Counted from the stretch's first letter, positions 28,799 through 39,556 are shown. The stretch: 64,000 nucleotides of DNA from Waterburya sp. (GCA_965217895.1 CBDCJV010000002.1:1120001-1184000); one strand, 5' to 3'. Numbers and translations are program-made. The notes: a model not told the origin generated them from the sequence alone.

Positions 28799-30604
28799 TT
28801 GACTAATCGAAGACGACTACAAGAAATTCTGATTAATACTCCCTTGCTACTGCGCTTAGTGTGGCAAGCTACTCCAGTTTATTTATTTCTATCTTTAGCG
28901 GTGACAGGATTTCAATCTCTAGTACCTGCCCTGATGCTATTAGTTGATAAAGCGATTGTCGATCTGGTAATTGCTAACTGGGGTAATACTAATTTTGCTT
29001 GGCGACCTTTAATTGTATTAGTAATGATAAGGTTCGGGATTGGTTTATTAGCAGCCGTCTTAAATCAGGTCAATCTCTATGTAGCGCAGATCTTTAACGA
29101 TCGCCTGATGCTCCATACGAAATATATTTTATTGGAAAAGTCTGCCCAGCTAGATCTAGCTCATTTTGAATCTTCGGAATTTTATGACACTTTAAGTCGC
29201 GCCGAAAATAGCGGTAGTAATTATCCCGTTCAGGTTATTAAGCTGCTTACTAGTTTGTTTGGTCAGGCAATTACTTTAGTTAGCTTGTTGGGGCTGCTAC
29301 TGGAGTTCAATCTAGCAATTGTTCCTTTACTATTTTTTACAGCTTTGCCTTCATTTTGGACTAGCATTGTCTATTCTGGTAGGCGTTTTTGGATGGTACG
29401 GCTAGAAACGGAAAGCGGGCGACTGTCAGATTATATTCAGCGCGTTTTAACCAATCCTAATTTTGCTAAAGAAGTGCGACTATTTAACTTAGGCGGGCAT
29501 TTATTGAGCCAGTGGATTGCAATCCGTCAGGACTTTAACAGAAAATCAGCAGCGATCGCCTCTGAATATGCCAGAATGCGAGGTTTATCAGGAATATTTG
29601 TAAACGCTGGTTTTTATATCGCCTATGGCTGGACTCTGGTGCAAACAATTAACGCCAAAATCACCGTAGGTGACTTTACTATGTATACAGGAGCATTTAG
29701 TCAAGCACAGCAGCTATTGCCTGCTATTCTCGAAAATTTGGCAAAAATATATGAATCTAATCTTTATGTCTCCCAATACTTTGAATTTTTAGACCTTAAG
29801 CCAGAAATAACTAATATTCCTCGTCCTAAACCTTTTCCTCAACTAATTAAACAAGGATTATCAATTAAAAATGTATCCTTTACTTATCCAGGAGCAACCG
29901 CGCCTACACTACGCAATCTAGATTTGCAGGTTAACCCAGGAGAAAGTATTGCACTTGTTGGTTTAAATGGCGCAGGAAAAACCACTTTGCTGAAGCTTCT
30001 TACTAGGCTATACGACGTAGATTCAGGCATAATTACGATTGATGGCATACCCCTCTGGCAATTTAAGCTATCGGAACTGCATTCCAACATTGGTGTCCTC
30101 AATCAAGACTTTGCTCGTTATCAGCTAAGTGCTAGGGACAACATTGGTTTTGGCAACTTAAAAGAACGAGAAAACCAGTTACGTATTGAAGAAGCTGCGC
30201 TAAATTCTGGGGCGGATCGGGTAGTGAAAGCTCTTAGTGATGCCTATGAAACCCGTTTGGGAAAGATGTTCAAAGGTGGAGTGGATCTCTCAGGGGGACA
30301 ATGGCAAAAAATTGGCATGGCACGAGCGTTTATGACCGATGCACCTATCTTAATTTTAGATGAACCTACTGCTGCCCTAGATGCGATCGCAGAGTATGAA
30401 TTGTTTGAAAAATTCCGAACTTTAACCGCAGGCAAAATGACCTTTTTTGTCAGCCATCGTTTTTCAACGGTACAGCTAGCCGATCGCATTGTAGTCTTAG
30501 AAAATAGTCGTATTATTGAAGTCGGATCTCATCAAGAACTAATGGCAAACAACGGACTATATGCCGAGATGTTTAGCCTCCAAGCCTCAAGCTACACAAT
30601 GTAA
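28799..30604 (+). CDS. ABC exporter, fused permease/ATPase
   Basis: Six-TM N-half, GLNGAGKTT, LSGGQWQK, ILDEPT, SHRFST. Confidence 0.95.
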   Translation: MTNRRRLQEILINTPLLLRLVWQATPVYLFLSLAVTGFQSLVPALMLLVDKAIVDLVIANWGNTNFAWRPLIVLVMIRFGIGLLAAVLNQVNLYVAQIFNDRLMLHTKYILLEKSAQLDLAHFESSEFYDTLSRAENSGSNYPVQVIKLLTSLFGQAITLVSLLGLLLEFNLAIVPLLFFTALPSFWTSIVYSGRRFWMVRLETESGRLSDYIQRVLTNPNFAKEVRLFNLGGHLLSQWIAIRQDFNRKSAAIASEYARMRGLSGIFVNAGFYIAYGWTLVQTINAKITVGDFTMYTGAFSQAQQLLPAILENLAKIYESNLYVSQYFEFLDLKPEITNIPRPKPFPQLIKQGLSIKNVSFTYPGATAPTLRNLDLQVNPGESIALVGLNGAGKTTLLKLLTRLYDVDSGIITIDGIPLWQFKLSELHSNIGVLNQDFARYQLSARDNIGFGNLKERENQLRIEEAALNSGADRVVKALSDAYETRLGKMFKGGVDLSGGQWQKIGMARAFMTDAPILILDEPTAALDAIAEYELFEKFRTLTAGKMTFFVSHRFSTVQLADRIVVLENSRIIEVGSHQELMANNGLYAEMFSLQASSYTM

Positions 30605-30859
30605 CTTGCTCAATTGCTCGGCAATTATTAGTCACAGATTACTCTATGATTTTGACCTCAACTTAACTGTCTATTTTCAAGACAGGTCTATTTTATTAAG
30701 CTTTACTTAACAAAGCTAGAATACGTTTGGTGTGAATTAAAACTTGCTTTTAGGATAGCTTTGGTTATGGAAATATTAGCTTTTTCGAGTTGCAGGAAAA
30801 CAAACACGCCTCCTAACCTATCCTATAAAAGGTGATGAATTTTCACGTAGTTTTCTAAA

Positions 30860-30940
30860 GCTAATAGCAGGCTTTGGAAAGCCTCGCCTGCACAAAGTGC
30901 AGTCGGCGAACTCCAGTTCGCGCTGATAGCTAATAGCTAA
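30860..30940. repeat. Small multi-hairpin dispersed repeat nested in a GCTAATA heptamer array
   Basis: Hairpins AGGCTTT/AAAGCCT, CTGCAC/GTGCAG, GCGAACT/AGTTCGC flanked by GCTAATA-like units. Confidence 0.6.
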
Positions 30941-30967
30941 AAACTAGTAAATTAGAGCGAAGCTAAT

Positions 30968-31471
30968 TCACACTAAGCTCAGAATACCTAGTATTACAGC
31001 GATTAATGCAAGAGCAAACCAGATAAACTGATTGTCTTGGCTATCAGTTGGTGATGTTTCAAAATCTTCTTGTTTAGATAAATTTTTAGCCGTCTGCCTT
31101 TTAGCCGCAACATAACGAGATGCACCTGGGTCGGTGTCAGCCAAATCAGGAATCTCACTCATCCATTCTCTAGGTCGCTCAAGCCTAGGAGCTTTGATAA
31201 TATAGAGAATACGCTGTGCCTGTTCGCGGGTTTTAAGGTTGGGATGGGTAATTAGTTTTTCACATAAAGCGATCGCATCACTAATTTGATTAGTAGCCTG
31301 ATAAGCAGTAACCAGCCAAATTTGAGCCTCTCCTCCTTGGCGAGAATTGCCTGAGACTAATTCTTGTGCAGCTTCTAAATGCTGGATACTGAGGCGATAC
31401 TGTCCTCTTTCTAAAGCTAGTTTTCCTGCTTCGTATTCTTGATGAAACTTTTCTGAATTATACACCGTCAC
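30968..31471 (-). CDS. TPR-like protein with C-terminal membrane anchor
   Basis: ALERGQYR.S, GGEAQIWLVTAY, ILYIIKAP.L.RP.EW, C-terminal TM. Confidence 0.75.
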   Translation of the reverse strand: MTVYNSEKFHQEYEAGKLALERGQYRLSIQHLEAAQELVSGNSRQGGEAQIWLVTAYQATNQISDAIALCEKLITHPNLKTREQAQRILYIIKAPRLERPREWMSEIPDLADTDPGASRYVAAKRQTAKNLSKQEDFETSPTDSQDNQFIWFALALIAVILGILSLV

Positions 31472-31571
31472 TTTAAATATATTGTGGAAATTACTTAGAT
31501 TTATTATTAAATAATACCAAGTCGCAAAGTAATGAAAAGGCTCGTATCAATACTCTTGCCTTGTTATACAA

Positions 31572-32507
31572 TCATTTAAAATCAATCAAAGGACCGTAAG
31601 GAACTATGCCACTAGGATTAATATGAGGATGGCTTTGATAGTAATGCAGTTTGATATGCTCTAAGTTGCAGGTATCTTGAACTCCAGGATATTGATAAAT
31701 TTTCGTTAAATAGTGCCATAAATTAGGATAATCCCAAATATGGCGGAGATTGCACTTAAAATGTACATAATAAACTGCATCAAAGCGAAATAAGGTAGTG
31801 AACATACAGATATCTGCTTCAGTTAAAGTATCCCCACAAAGATATTGTTGTTTTGCTAGTACATCTTCCCAATAATCTAAGGCTGCGAACAATTCTTTAA
31901 CTGCTTCCTCATAAGCCTCTTGGGATTTAGCAAATCCAGCTTTGTAAACGCCATTATTAATTGGATCGTAAATGTCATCGATCGCCCGATCTATTCTCTC
32001 TTGTAACCCTTGAGGATATAAATCAATTTTGTTTTGGGCTATGTTTGCAAACTCGGTATCAAACATCCGTATAATTTCGCGAGATTCATTGTTAACAATA
32101 CTTGAAGTTTTTTTATCCCATAATATTGGTACTGTAACTCGCCCTGTATATTTAGAGTCGGCGATCGCATATACTTCTCTGAGATATTTAGTATGATTGA
32201 TTGTATCGGGGACTGTCCCCCGAAAGTCGGAAAACTCCCAACCGTCCGATCCCATCAAAGGGTCTACTGCGGAAATGCTTATGGCATCAGTCAATCCTTT
32301 CAATTGACGCATAATCAAGGTGCGATGCGCCCAGGGACAGGCATAAGATATGTATAGATGATAGCGATCGCCAACTGCGGGAAAGCCACTCGAACCATCG
32401 GCGGTAAGGCGATCGCGAAAGGTAGTTGGATTGCGCTGAAAACGTCCTTTTTTGTCCTCGTACTCTTTGTTAGTCCATTGACCATTGACCATCATTCCTG
32501 TAGCCAT
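31572..32507 (-). CDS. Glutathionyl-hydroquinone reductase (GST xi class, YqjG-like)
   Basis: RYHLYISYACPWAHR, GRVTVPILWD, NNES.EI, INNGVY, RFDAVY..HFKCN, HYY.SH..INP. Confidence 0.95.
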   Translation of the reverse strand: MATGMMVNGQWTNKEYEDKKGRFQRNPTTFRDRLTADGSSGFPAVGDRYHLYISYACPWAHRTLIMRQLKGLTDAISISAVDPLMGSDGWEFSDFRGTVPDTINHTKYLREVYAIADSKYTGRVTVPILWDKKTSSIVNNESREIIRMFDTEFANIAQNKIDLYPQGLQERIDRAIDDIYDPINNGVYKAGFAKSQEAYEEAVKELFAALDYWEDVLAKQQYLCGDTLTEADICMFTTLFRFDAVYYVHFKCNLRHIWDYPNLWHYLTKIYQYPGVQDTCNLEHIKLHYYQSHPHINPSGIVPYGPLIDFK

Positions 32508-32909
32508 AGTTTCCCCTAATTTAGTTACTATCTTTCATTGTGATCGCCCGATCGAGTTACAATACTTCTCTTTTAAGCCTTGTTGTTGATTGGTTGAGTA
32601 ATAGGAAGCTTGTCCTACGCCCGTCAGGCAGAGTAGGTAATCATTTTCTATCACTCAAACTAAGATCTACCAAGCGCAATTGTTAACCGAGAAGCATTGG
32701 ATCGAGTTGGCTATGACTTTGCAACAGCAAACGACCAAAAACAACGTTAGGCGTATTATAATTATTAGCTAACAAATGCTGTTTTGTGATCTTGTTGCTT
32801 AATTTCTGCCTAAATTTAACGTCAGAATATTTTAGGTCTTTTAATTCAAGATCGGTATTAGTCATAAGTGCCATCAACAGCACCTGATTTATTTGTCTAA
32901 TTTAAAATA

Positions 32910-33075
32910 CTACTTAAATTGCATTTTTGACTGCTCACCGTCATAAATGCAATTTAAGTAGCAAGTACCGCTTCGCTCAAGTAGCAAATAGCAATTAAGA
33001 ATATTTTTCCCAACTTGCTACTTGCTATCTGATATCTGCTACTTAATCACCCTAAAGTGCGGGGTTTTAAACCCA
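32910..33075. repeat. Long inverted repeat followed by degenerate TAGCAAG/CTTGCTA heptamer repeats
   Basis: 17-bp arms CTACTTAAATTGCATTT (32910-32926) / AAATGCAATTTAAGTAG (32945-32961), then inverted heptamer tracts. Confidence 0.6.
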
Positions 33076-33662
33076 TCTATTAAACTGATAAGCAGACTTA
33101 GATTGCATAAATTTCAGGACGATAAGCAAAAACAAAAAGTTATTTTTCAAAAACTTATTAACAATAGTAGACTACAGCAAAACAGCTTTCTACTTAGCAT
33201 CTATTTTCTGATATGCTTAAGTATTTTTTATAGTTTCATCATAGTTTTACTCAACCTATAATTAGTAAAACAGTCTAGAAAAATATAGATTTTTGGCAGC
33301 TAAGTCTAAATTATCGTCTATGAGTAGAAGACTTGAGAAATTATACTCAACTAGATGTTTACCCTGGTAGGTGGTAGTTTCAAACAAATAGCACCTACTT
33401 TATACCTGTTATTTTCTCATAGGAATCTTAGTTTGTCAGCACTGTGGCGGACATAGTAAGCATAAGCGTTTAAATAGCAAGTGCGATAAAGCTTTTCTGC
33501 GCTTTAAGACCAACAGTTATAAACATTTTTAAAGTAATATTTATATTTAAAAACTACCACTTTAAATTAATTTTGATCGCCTTTTTTATCATCCTTTAAG
33601 TAGAGGCTATTTTGAGATAAAGCTAATAGGATTACTAAAGTAATAATAAAATCAATTTATTT

Positions 33663-34052
33663 ATGTCTTTAATAACAAGAAAACCAACAAAGCGTGTTTT
33701 GATTGTTGATGATATTGCTGACAACTTATTCTTGGCGCAATTTATTTTAGAAGACCAAGGTTATGAAGTAAATACAGCCAACAGTGGAAAAGCTGCCATA
33801 ACTCAGGTAGAAACAGAGAAAATTAAACCAGATCTAATTATTCTAGACTTAATGATGCCTGAAATGGATGGCTATGAGGTAATCGAATATTTGCGTAACC
33901 ATCAAAAAGCACCTTATATTCCTGTTTTACTAATGACTGCCGATACTAGCGTTAGTTGCGAAGATGCTTTACACGCAGGAGCAAGTGGAATAATTTATAA
34001 ACCTTGGGATTTAGAACAGTTTCTGAAAAAAGTCGAGATGTTTAATGTTTGA
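33663..34052 (+). CDS. Single-domain response regulator (CheY-like)
   Basis: VLIVDD, ILDLMMP, MTA, KP. Confidence 0.9.
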   Translation: MSLITRKPTKRVLIVDDIADNLFLAQFILEDQGYEVNTANSGKAAITQVETEKIKPDLIILDLMMPEMDGYEVIEYLRNHQKAPYIPVLLMTADTSVSCEDALHAGASGIIYKPWDLEQFLKKVEMFNV

Positions 34053-34115
34053 GATTTGGGCGTTGCTGAACGTGTAATGCTAAAATAAAATTTTACTTAT
34101 CTATTCATCAACATG

Positions 34116-34282
34116 GCGATTAGAGATGCTCTCTGACCGAGAGCCTCTCTCGCCATCAAAACAGATTGCTCAAAAGCTAATAGTGAGGGCGACCCCGCGT
34201 CGGCGTAAGACGCAAGACAAAGGCTTTAGCCGCATGTACGCGCCCGAACCCGAAGGGCTAAAGGCTAAGAGCTAAGAGCTAT
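34116..34282. repeat. Cluster of small dispersed repeats: a 30-nt hairpin inside a split HIP1, and a GC-rich multi-hairpin within GCTAAGA heptamers
   Basis: GCGAT[TAGAGATGCTCTCTGACCGAGAGCCTCTCT]CGC at 34116-34153; hairpins at about 34187-34257. Confidence 0.6.
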
Positions 34283-34295
34283 GAACAGAATTATT

Positions 34296-37200
34296 TTATA
34301 TGTCATTACTTGAATCAGCAACGCCAAGATTTGACTGGTTTTGGCTAGCAAGCTTGCTGACTGTGGTGACAAAAGCAACTACATTAAGTGGTTTGGCGAT
34401 ATGTTGTTGAAAACCAGCTTCTTTTGCTTGCTGTTGGTCAAATCCGCTTGCATAAGCAGAAAGAGCGATCGCCTGAATATTTGCCATCGGCGATTCTAGA
34501 GCGCGAATTTGGCGCATCAATTCATAGCCATTGACTACTGGCATTCCAATGTCGCTAATAAGCAGATCGAAAGCAGATTCTGACAAAGCCTCAATGGCTT
34601 TGCTTGCCGAGGTTGCTGTTTTCACTTCAGCCCCTTCTTGTTCGAGGATAAAAGCTAGCAGTGAGAGAGAATCTGGCTCATCATCGACGGCTAAGACTCG
34701 AATGCCCTGAAGCTGTTTTGTTTGAATAGGATGATCTATCGGTGGAGGATTGCTTAATATCTCACTCTCTTCTAATTCGAGAGGAAATTCAAGACTAAAT
34801 GTAGCTCCTCGATCCTTGCCTGGACTTTCTACCGCAATTGAACCATCATGTAGTTCGGTTAAGTTGCGGACAATGGCTAGCCCCAAGCCCAAACCGCCAA
34901 AGTTTCTAGTAGAAGCACTATCAGCCTGACGAAAGCGATCGAATACATAGGGCAGAAATTCAGGTTCGATACCTTGACCTGTATCAATAACCTGGATACA
35001 AGCCGATCGCCCGACTTTATTTAGTTTAACCGTTATCTTGCCACTTTCGGTCGTGAATTTAATGGCGTTAGAAAGTAGATTCCAGACTATTTGCTGTAAT
35101 CGCTGGGCATCTCCTAATATTTGTCCGACATTAGGTTCAAAGTTGGTTGTTATGGGAATTGATTTGGCTTGAGCAGTTAATTCAACCGTAGCGATCGCTG
35201 AATTAATAATATTGGCTAAATTGAGCGGAGTTTTATTAAGCTTGATTTTGCCCCGTAAGATGCGAGAGACATCGAGTAAATCTTCAATTAGCTGTGCCTG
35301 GAGCTTGGCATTACGTTCAATTATGCCTATGCCTCTGGCTGTCTGCCCTGGATCTAGCGTACCTGCACTAAGAAGTTGCGACCAGCCTAAGATAGGATTG
35401 AGAGGCGTGCGTAATTCATGGGAGACAATTGCCAAAAATTCATCTTTTAGCCGACTCAACTCTTCAGCTTTAGTACGGGCTAAGGTTTCCTTGGCTAACA
35501 GTTGTTCGCGCTCTCGTTCGATGTTTTTGCGATCGCTGATCTCAGCACTTAAAATAGCAATCCCGTCGGGAATTGGATAAACGCGATTTTCATACCAACG
35601 ATCCCAGGTTAGATAGTGATATTCAAACTGAAGAGGAGTTTTTTCGCTCATTACCCGTTCGACTTGATGATAAAACTCGGTATCAACTACATCAGGAAAT
35701 AGATCCCAAATACTTACATTTATTACATCTTCCCGTGGCTTGCCGATAAGTTCCAATTCGCGATCGTTGACGTAGGTAAAACGCCAGTGGCAATCAAGAG
35801 TAAAAAAACCATCGCGGAGGCTGGATAAAACATTTTGCAGGTTAGCTTGTGCTGTTTCGGTTTGAAAACGTAAATTTTGAGCAGTTTTGCGGAGTTCGGC
35901 TAGTTTGAGCGTAGCTTCAACACGAGCAAGTAATTCCCTAGCAGAAAAAGGCTTGATTAAATAATCATCTGCTCCCGCTTCTAAGCCTTCGATGCGAGAC
36001 TCTTCCCCTGCTCGTGCTGACAGCAATATAATTGGTATTTCTTGAGTTTCAGGCTCGGAGCGAAGCGATCGCAATAGCTCAAAGCCATCAATTCCTGGCA
36101 TCATTACATCGCTTAGGACTAAATCTGGTGGATTGGCTCGCACTGCATCCAAAGCAGCAATGCCGTCGGTAACTGTCTCCACCGTATAGCAACTACTTAA
36201 AAGCCTGGCTAAATAATCGCGCATATCGGCATTATCGTCAGCCAATAAAATGTGCGCCGTTGTGGTAGATAAACACTGTGCGGGAATATCGGCAACTTGC
36301 GGTTGAATTTCAAGGGGTGATGGCTTTTGCAGAAGACTTAAAGCTTCTTGGACATAGGGATTAGCATTTAATGATGAGATATCAAGCTCGGAGAAGTTTT
36401 GGGTAACGCGATCGCTCGGTAAATGCGCTGTACCTGTAGGAATTGCCAGCGTAAAACAACTGCCCTTATCTAAAACACTCGTTACCGTAATTGTGCCTTG
36501 ATGTAATTCCACTAATTCCCGCACCAAAGATAAACCAATGCCCGAACCCTCAAAACTACGTCCTTGAGTATCCTTTACCCGATAAAAGCGTTCAAACAAG
36601 CGGGATAATTCGGCTGGGGGAATACCAACCCCAGTATCTTCTACCGTCAACTCTACCTGAGTCTTTTGCCAGCGTAACCGTACTGTAATTTTGCCTGCCA
36701 AAGTAAACTTAAAAGCATTGGAGATTAAATTAAAAACAATTTTTTCCCATAGTTCGCGATCGACATAAACCGCTTCGGGTAAAGTAGGACAATCTACCAC
36801 CAGCTCAAGACACGCCTGTTCAATTGCAGCCCGAAAAACACTGGCAAGTTCGGCGGTTAGGGCAGCTAAATCAGTAGGTTCATATACTGCCTGGATGCGT
36901 CCTGCTTCAATGCGGGAAAAATCTAGCAGAGTGTTGACCAGTTTTAACAGACGCATTCCGTTGCGCTGGATTACTTCAAGACGTTGACGCTGTGGAAAAG
37001 GTAATGGTGGAGTATCATGTAAAGCATCCTCTAGAGGACTCAGCATCAAAGTCAAAGGAGTGCGAAATTCGTGAGAAACATTGCTAAAAAATGCCGTTTT
37101 CGCCCGATCAATTTCCGCCAAGGCTTCTGCTCGTTGCTTTTCTGCCTCATAAGCTTGTGCATTAGCGATCGCCGTAGCTATTTGTCCCGCTACTAAATCA

Positions 37201-38144
37201 AAAAAGCCCTGGTAATCGTCATCGAATTGTCGCAGAGGACTAACGCCTGTAATTAACCAACCGTTTACTGTTTGTTCTGAAGTTGTCAAGGGCAACACCA
37301 CAGCTAACTTGGCTGGCTTTGACCAAGCACCACCAGGCAGTAGACCATACTTTGATTCCCTTAGCTCTATAATCTGGCTTTTTTTCGACTGCAAGACCTG
37401 ATTTAGCGACCACAAATCATCTTTATTTTTCAACTTAATTTCGGTCGGACCAATAGACAATCTTGTGTCTAATCCAGTCCTAGCGACAAGTCGCGCTTTG
37501 GTTTCCGTCTCATCCACCAGATACAGCAGGGTAAAGGGCAAATCGTAAAGATTCTTACCTAAAGTGGCGATCGCCATTTCTCCCGCTGTTTGTACCGTTT
37601 TTGCCTTAACGGTTTCTGCTGCTAATTCCCGTAAGGTTTGTAAACGGCGATCGCTCAAAACCCGACGAGTCTCTTCACTACAGGCACAAAAGAGTCCATA
37701 AATATCACCATCCTCACCAAAAATAGGACTGTAGGAAAAAGTAAAGTAGGTTTCCTCTGGGTAGCCTTTGCGTTCCATGATTAAAAATAAAGCTTCATCC
37801 CACGAGGCTTGACCTTTTTGTAAAACCCCTTCAATTTGAGGACTCAGTGCGTCCCAAACTTCAGCCCAGACTTGAGACGCGGGCTGACCTAGGGCATCGG
37901 GATGACGCGCACCTAAAATTGGGATATAGGCATCGTTATAAAAATTAAGACCTTCTTCTCCCCACCAAATAAACATCGGGTAGCGGGAATTTAACATGAT
38001 GCTAACTGCCGTCTTAAGACTCGATGACCAGCCTTCAATTGCCCCAACAGAAGTTTGCGACCAGTCATGGGATCTCACCAACGCACCCATCGATCCGCCA
38101 CCAGGGATAATTGCTTCGTATCCAGTCAACGACTTGTCGTCCAT
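34296..38144 (-). CDS. Cytoplasmic tandem hybrid histidine kinase (PAS-like/GAF-HisKA-HATPase-REC-PAS-HisKA-HATPase-REC)
   Basis: DWSQTSVG....W N-terminus; SHEFRTPL and SHELRTPL; two ATP boxes; two REC domains. Confidence 0.93.
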   Translation of the reverse strand: MDDKSLTGYEAIIPGGGSMGALVRSHDWSQTSVGAIEGWSSSLKTAVSIMLNSRYPMFIWWGEEGLNFYNDAYIPILGARHPDALGQPASQVWAEVWDALSPQIEGVLQKGQASWDEALFLIMERKGYPEETYFTFSYSPIFGEDGDIYGLFCACSEETRRVLSDRRLQTLRELAAETVKAKTVQTAGEMAIATLGKNLYDLPFTLLYLVDETETKARLVARTGLDTRLSIGPTEIKLKNKDDLWSLNQVLQSKKSQIIELRESKYGLLPGGAWSKPAKLAVVLPLTTSEQTVNGWLITGVSPLRQFDDDYQGFFDLVAGQIATAIANAQAYEAEKQRAEALAEIDRAKTAFFSNVSHEFRTPLTLMLSPLEDALHDTPPLPFPQRQRLEVIQRNGMRLLKLVNTLLDFSRIEAGRIQAVYEPTDLAALTAELASVFRAAIEQACLELVVDCPTLPEAVYVDRELWEKIVFNLISNAFKFTLAGKITVRLRWQKTQVELTVEDTGVGIPPAELSRLFERFYRVKDTQGRSFEGSGIGLSLVRELVELHQGTITVTSVLDKGSCFTLAIPTGTAHLPSDRVTQNFSELDISSLNANPYVQEALSLLQKPSPLEIQPQVADIPAQCLSTTTAHILLADDNADMRDYLARLLSSCYTVETVTDGIAALDAVRANPPDLVLSDVMMPGIDGFELLRSLRSEPETQEIPIILLSARAGEESRIEGLEAGADDYLIKPFSARELLARVEATLKLAELRKTAQNLRFQTETAQANLQNVLSSLRDGFFTLDCHWRFTYVNDRELELIGKPREDVINVSIWDLFPDVVDTEFYHQVERVMSEKTPLQFEYHYLTWDRWYENRVYPIPDGIAILSAEISDRKNIEREREQLLAKETLARTKAEELSRLKDEFLAIVSHELRTPLNPILGWSQLLSAGTLDPGQTARGIGIIERNAKLQAQLIEDLLDVSRILRGKIKLNKTPLNLANIINSAIATVELTAQAKSIPITTNFEPNVGQILGDAQRLQQIVWNLLSNAIKFTTESGKITVKLNKVGRSACIQVIDTGQGIEPEFLPYVFDRFRQADSASTRNFGGLGLGLAIVRNLTELHDGSIAVESPGKDRGATFSLEFPLELEESEILSNPPPIDHPIQTKQLQGIRVLAVDDEPDSLSLLAFILEQEGAEVKTATSASKAIEALSESAFDLLISDIGMPVVNGYELMRQIRALESPMANIQAIALSAYASGFDQQQAKEAGFQQHIAKPLNVVAFVTTVSKLASQNQSNLGVADSSNDI

Positions 38145-38216
38145 CTTTTTGTTTGCTTTTAGATTATTTTAACGCGCTCAAAATACCTTCGTTTCATCAA
38201 CAGTGTGCAAGACTTT

Positions 38217-38327
38217 AGGACTTACGCAGTTTAACGAGTTTTGCCCCCCTAGCCCCCCAAATCTGGGGGAACAAGAATTAAAAGTCCCCCAAACCTGGGG
38301 GATTTAGGGGGCGAGTGCGTAAGTCCT
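38217..38327. mobile_element. 111-bp MITE (Nezha-like termini) with 7-bp target-site duplication
   Basis: TIR AGGACTTACGCA / TGCGTAAGTCCT; flanking direct repeat AGACTTT at 38210-38216 and 38328-38334; internal G/C-run palindromes; no ORF. Confidence 0.85.
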
Positions 38328-38511
38328 AGACTTTTAACGTGGTTTCAAAAACTGGGTCGGGGCGATCCTTATTCTCGATCGCTACAGCTAATCTCCAAGA
38401 CGACTGGACAGATTGACCTTTATACTGAAAATAATGCAGCAAAAATATTAGAAATTAGTAAAATAGCCCAAAAAAGTTTTTAATATTGATAGCTCTAACT
38501 TAAATTAGATC

Positions 38512-39507
38512 TCAAGAATAACCTAATGCAGTCATAGTTTGTTCAAATAGAGGAGCTAATTCAGGTGGCAAGGAGAAAACCTGATTATTTTGCCGGCTAT
38601 TAAGCGTTTTTTTCGCATAACAAACCATTTTTTCATCAAGTGGTAGCTCACAAAAATCTAGTAATTGTTTGAGGCTATTTTCAGGTTGAGCAACTAATTC
38701 TTCATATTTAAGTAGATAAACAACCTCTGGAAACTGTTTAACTAACTTTAAACCTTCCTGCATGGTCAAAATCCATTCGACTGCTGCCATGTAAGTATGA
38801 TTAGAATAGCCTTTAATGGTTTCTAGGTTATGCTCAAAAACAAAATTTGTTGCAGCTATTTGTTCGATCAACAAATGCCATTTGCGATTATTCAAACCCC
38901 ACCAATCATGGGTGTCATTTTGGACATTGATACCAAGGCGTTTTGACCATCCATCAATTGATTGACAGGTATCCCAACCGTTACGAGCTAAAAAGATAAA
39001 TTTGGCATCGGGAAAAATTTGTCTTACAAAAGGAACTCGAAAGATTAGTTCTGGATATTTATCTACCAATCTAGAGGAAGCAACTGCTGTTAAATAAGCA
39101 CCAAACAGGCGATGTGCTGTACGTTTAATTGAGTCAGTAACATTTTCTGCTTCTAAACGATAGTCAGCTTTTCCTTGACTGTAGCTACCGATCAGGTCTT
39201 CTTCTGGATAAATTGTATGCCAAAGTGCTTTTGGTTCATTAAGAAAACCTACTTCTTGGTGCATGGATAAAACTACTCCCAAAATAGTAGTTCCGCTTCG
39301 TCCTGTACCAATAATAAAAATCGGTTTTTTGACTTTTTTTAGCTGTGGCAAGCTTTGGGCGATCGCAAATAAATTGAAGATAAAAGGGTTAATCCACTGT
39401 CCTTTTGTAGTTAAAGGTCTACCTTCAAAAAGACCATAGCCAATCAGACGAGATAAAGCTTTGGTAGGTTTTGTTTTTAGATATAGACTATCAAGTTGGG
39501 CAACCAT
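38512..39507 (-). CDS. PAPS-dependent sulfotransferase
   Basis: 5'-PSB loop PIFIIGTGRSGTT, DK.P, 3'-PB FLARNGWDTCQS, LKYEELV..P. Confidence 0.92.
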   Translation of the reverse strand: MVAQLDSLYLKTKPTKALSRLIGYGLFEGRPLTTKGQWINPFIFNLFAIAQSLPQLKKVKKPIFIIGTGRSGTTILGVVLSMHQEVGFLNEPKALWHTIYPEEDLIGSYSQGKADYRLEAENVTDSIKRTAHRLFGAYLTAVASSRLVDKYPELIFRVPFVRQIFPDAKFIFLARNGWDTCQSIDGWSKRLGINVQNDTHDWWGLNNRKWHLLIEQIAATNFVFEHNLETIKGYSNHTYMAAVEWILTMQEGLKLVKQFPEVVYLLKYEELVAQPENSLKQLLDFCELPLDEKMVCYAKKTLNSRQNNQVFSLPPELAPLFEQTMTALGYS

Positions 39508-39556
39508 AACCGAGAAGATTATTAAATTCTTTGTATATTATCATCTTTTTTTAGCT

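Noticed and set aside
32683..33261. ORFs 32683-32883 (-) and 33022-33261 (+)
   Set aside because: No recognisable motif; the second overlaps repeat DNA; the first is possible but unsupported
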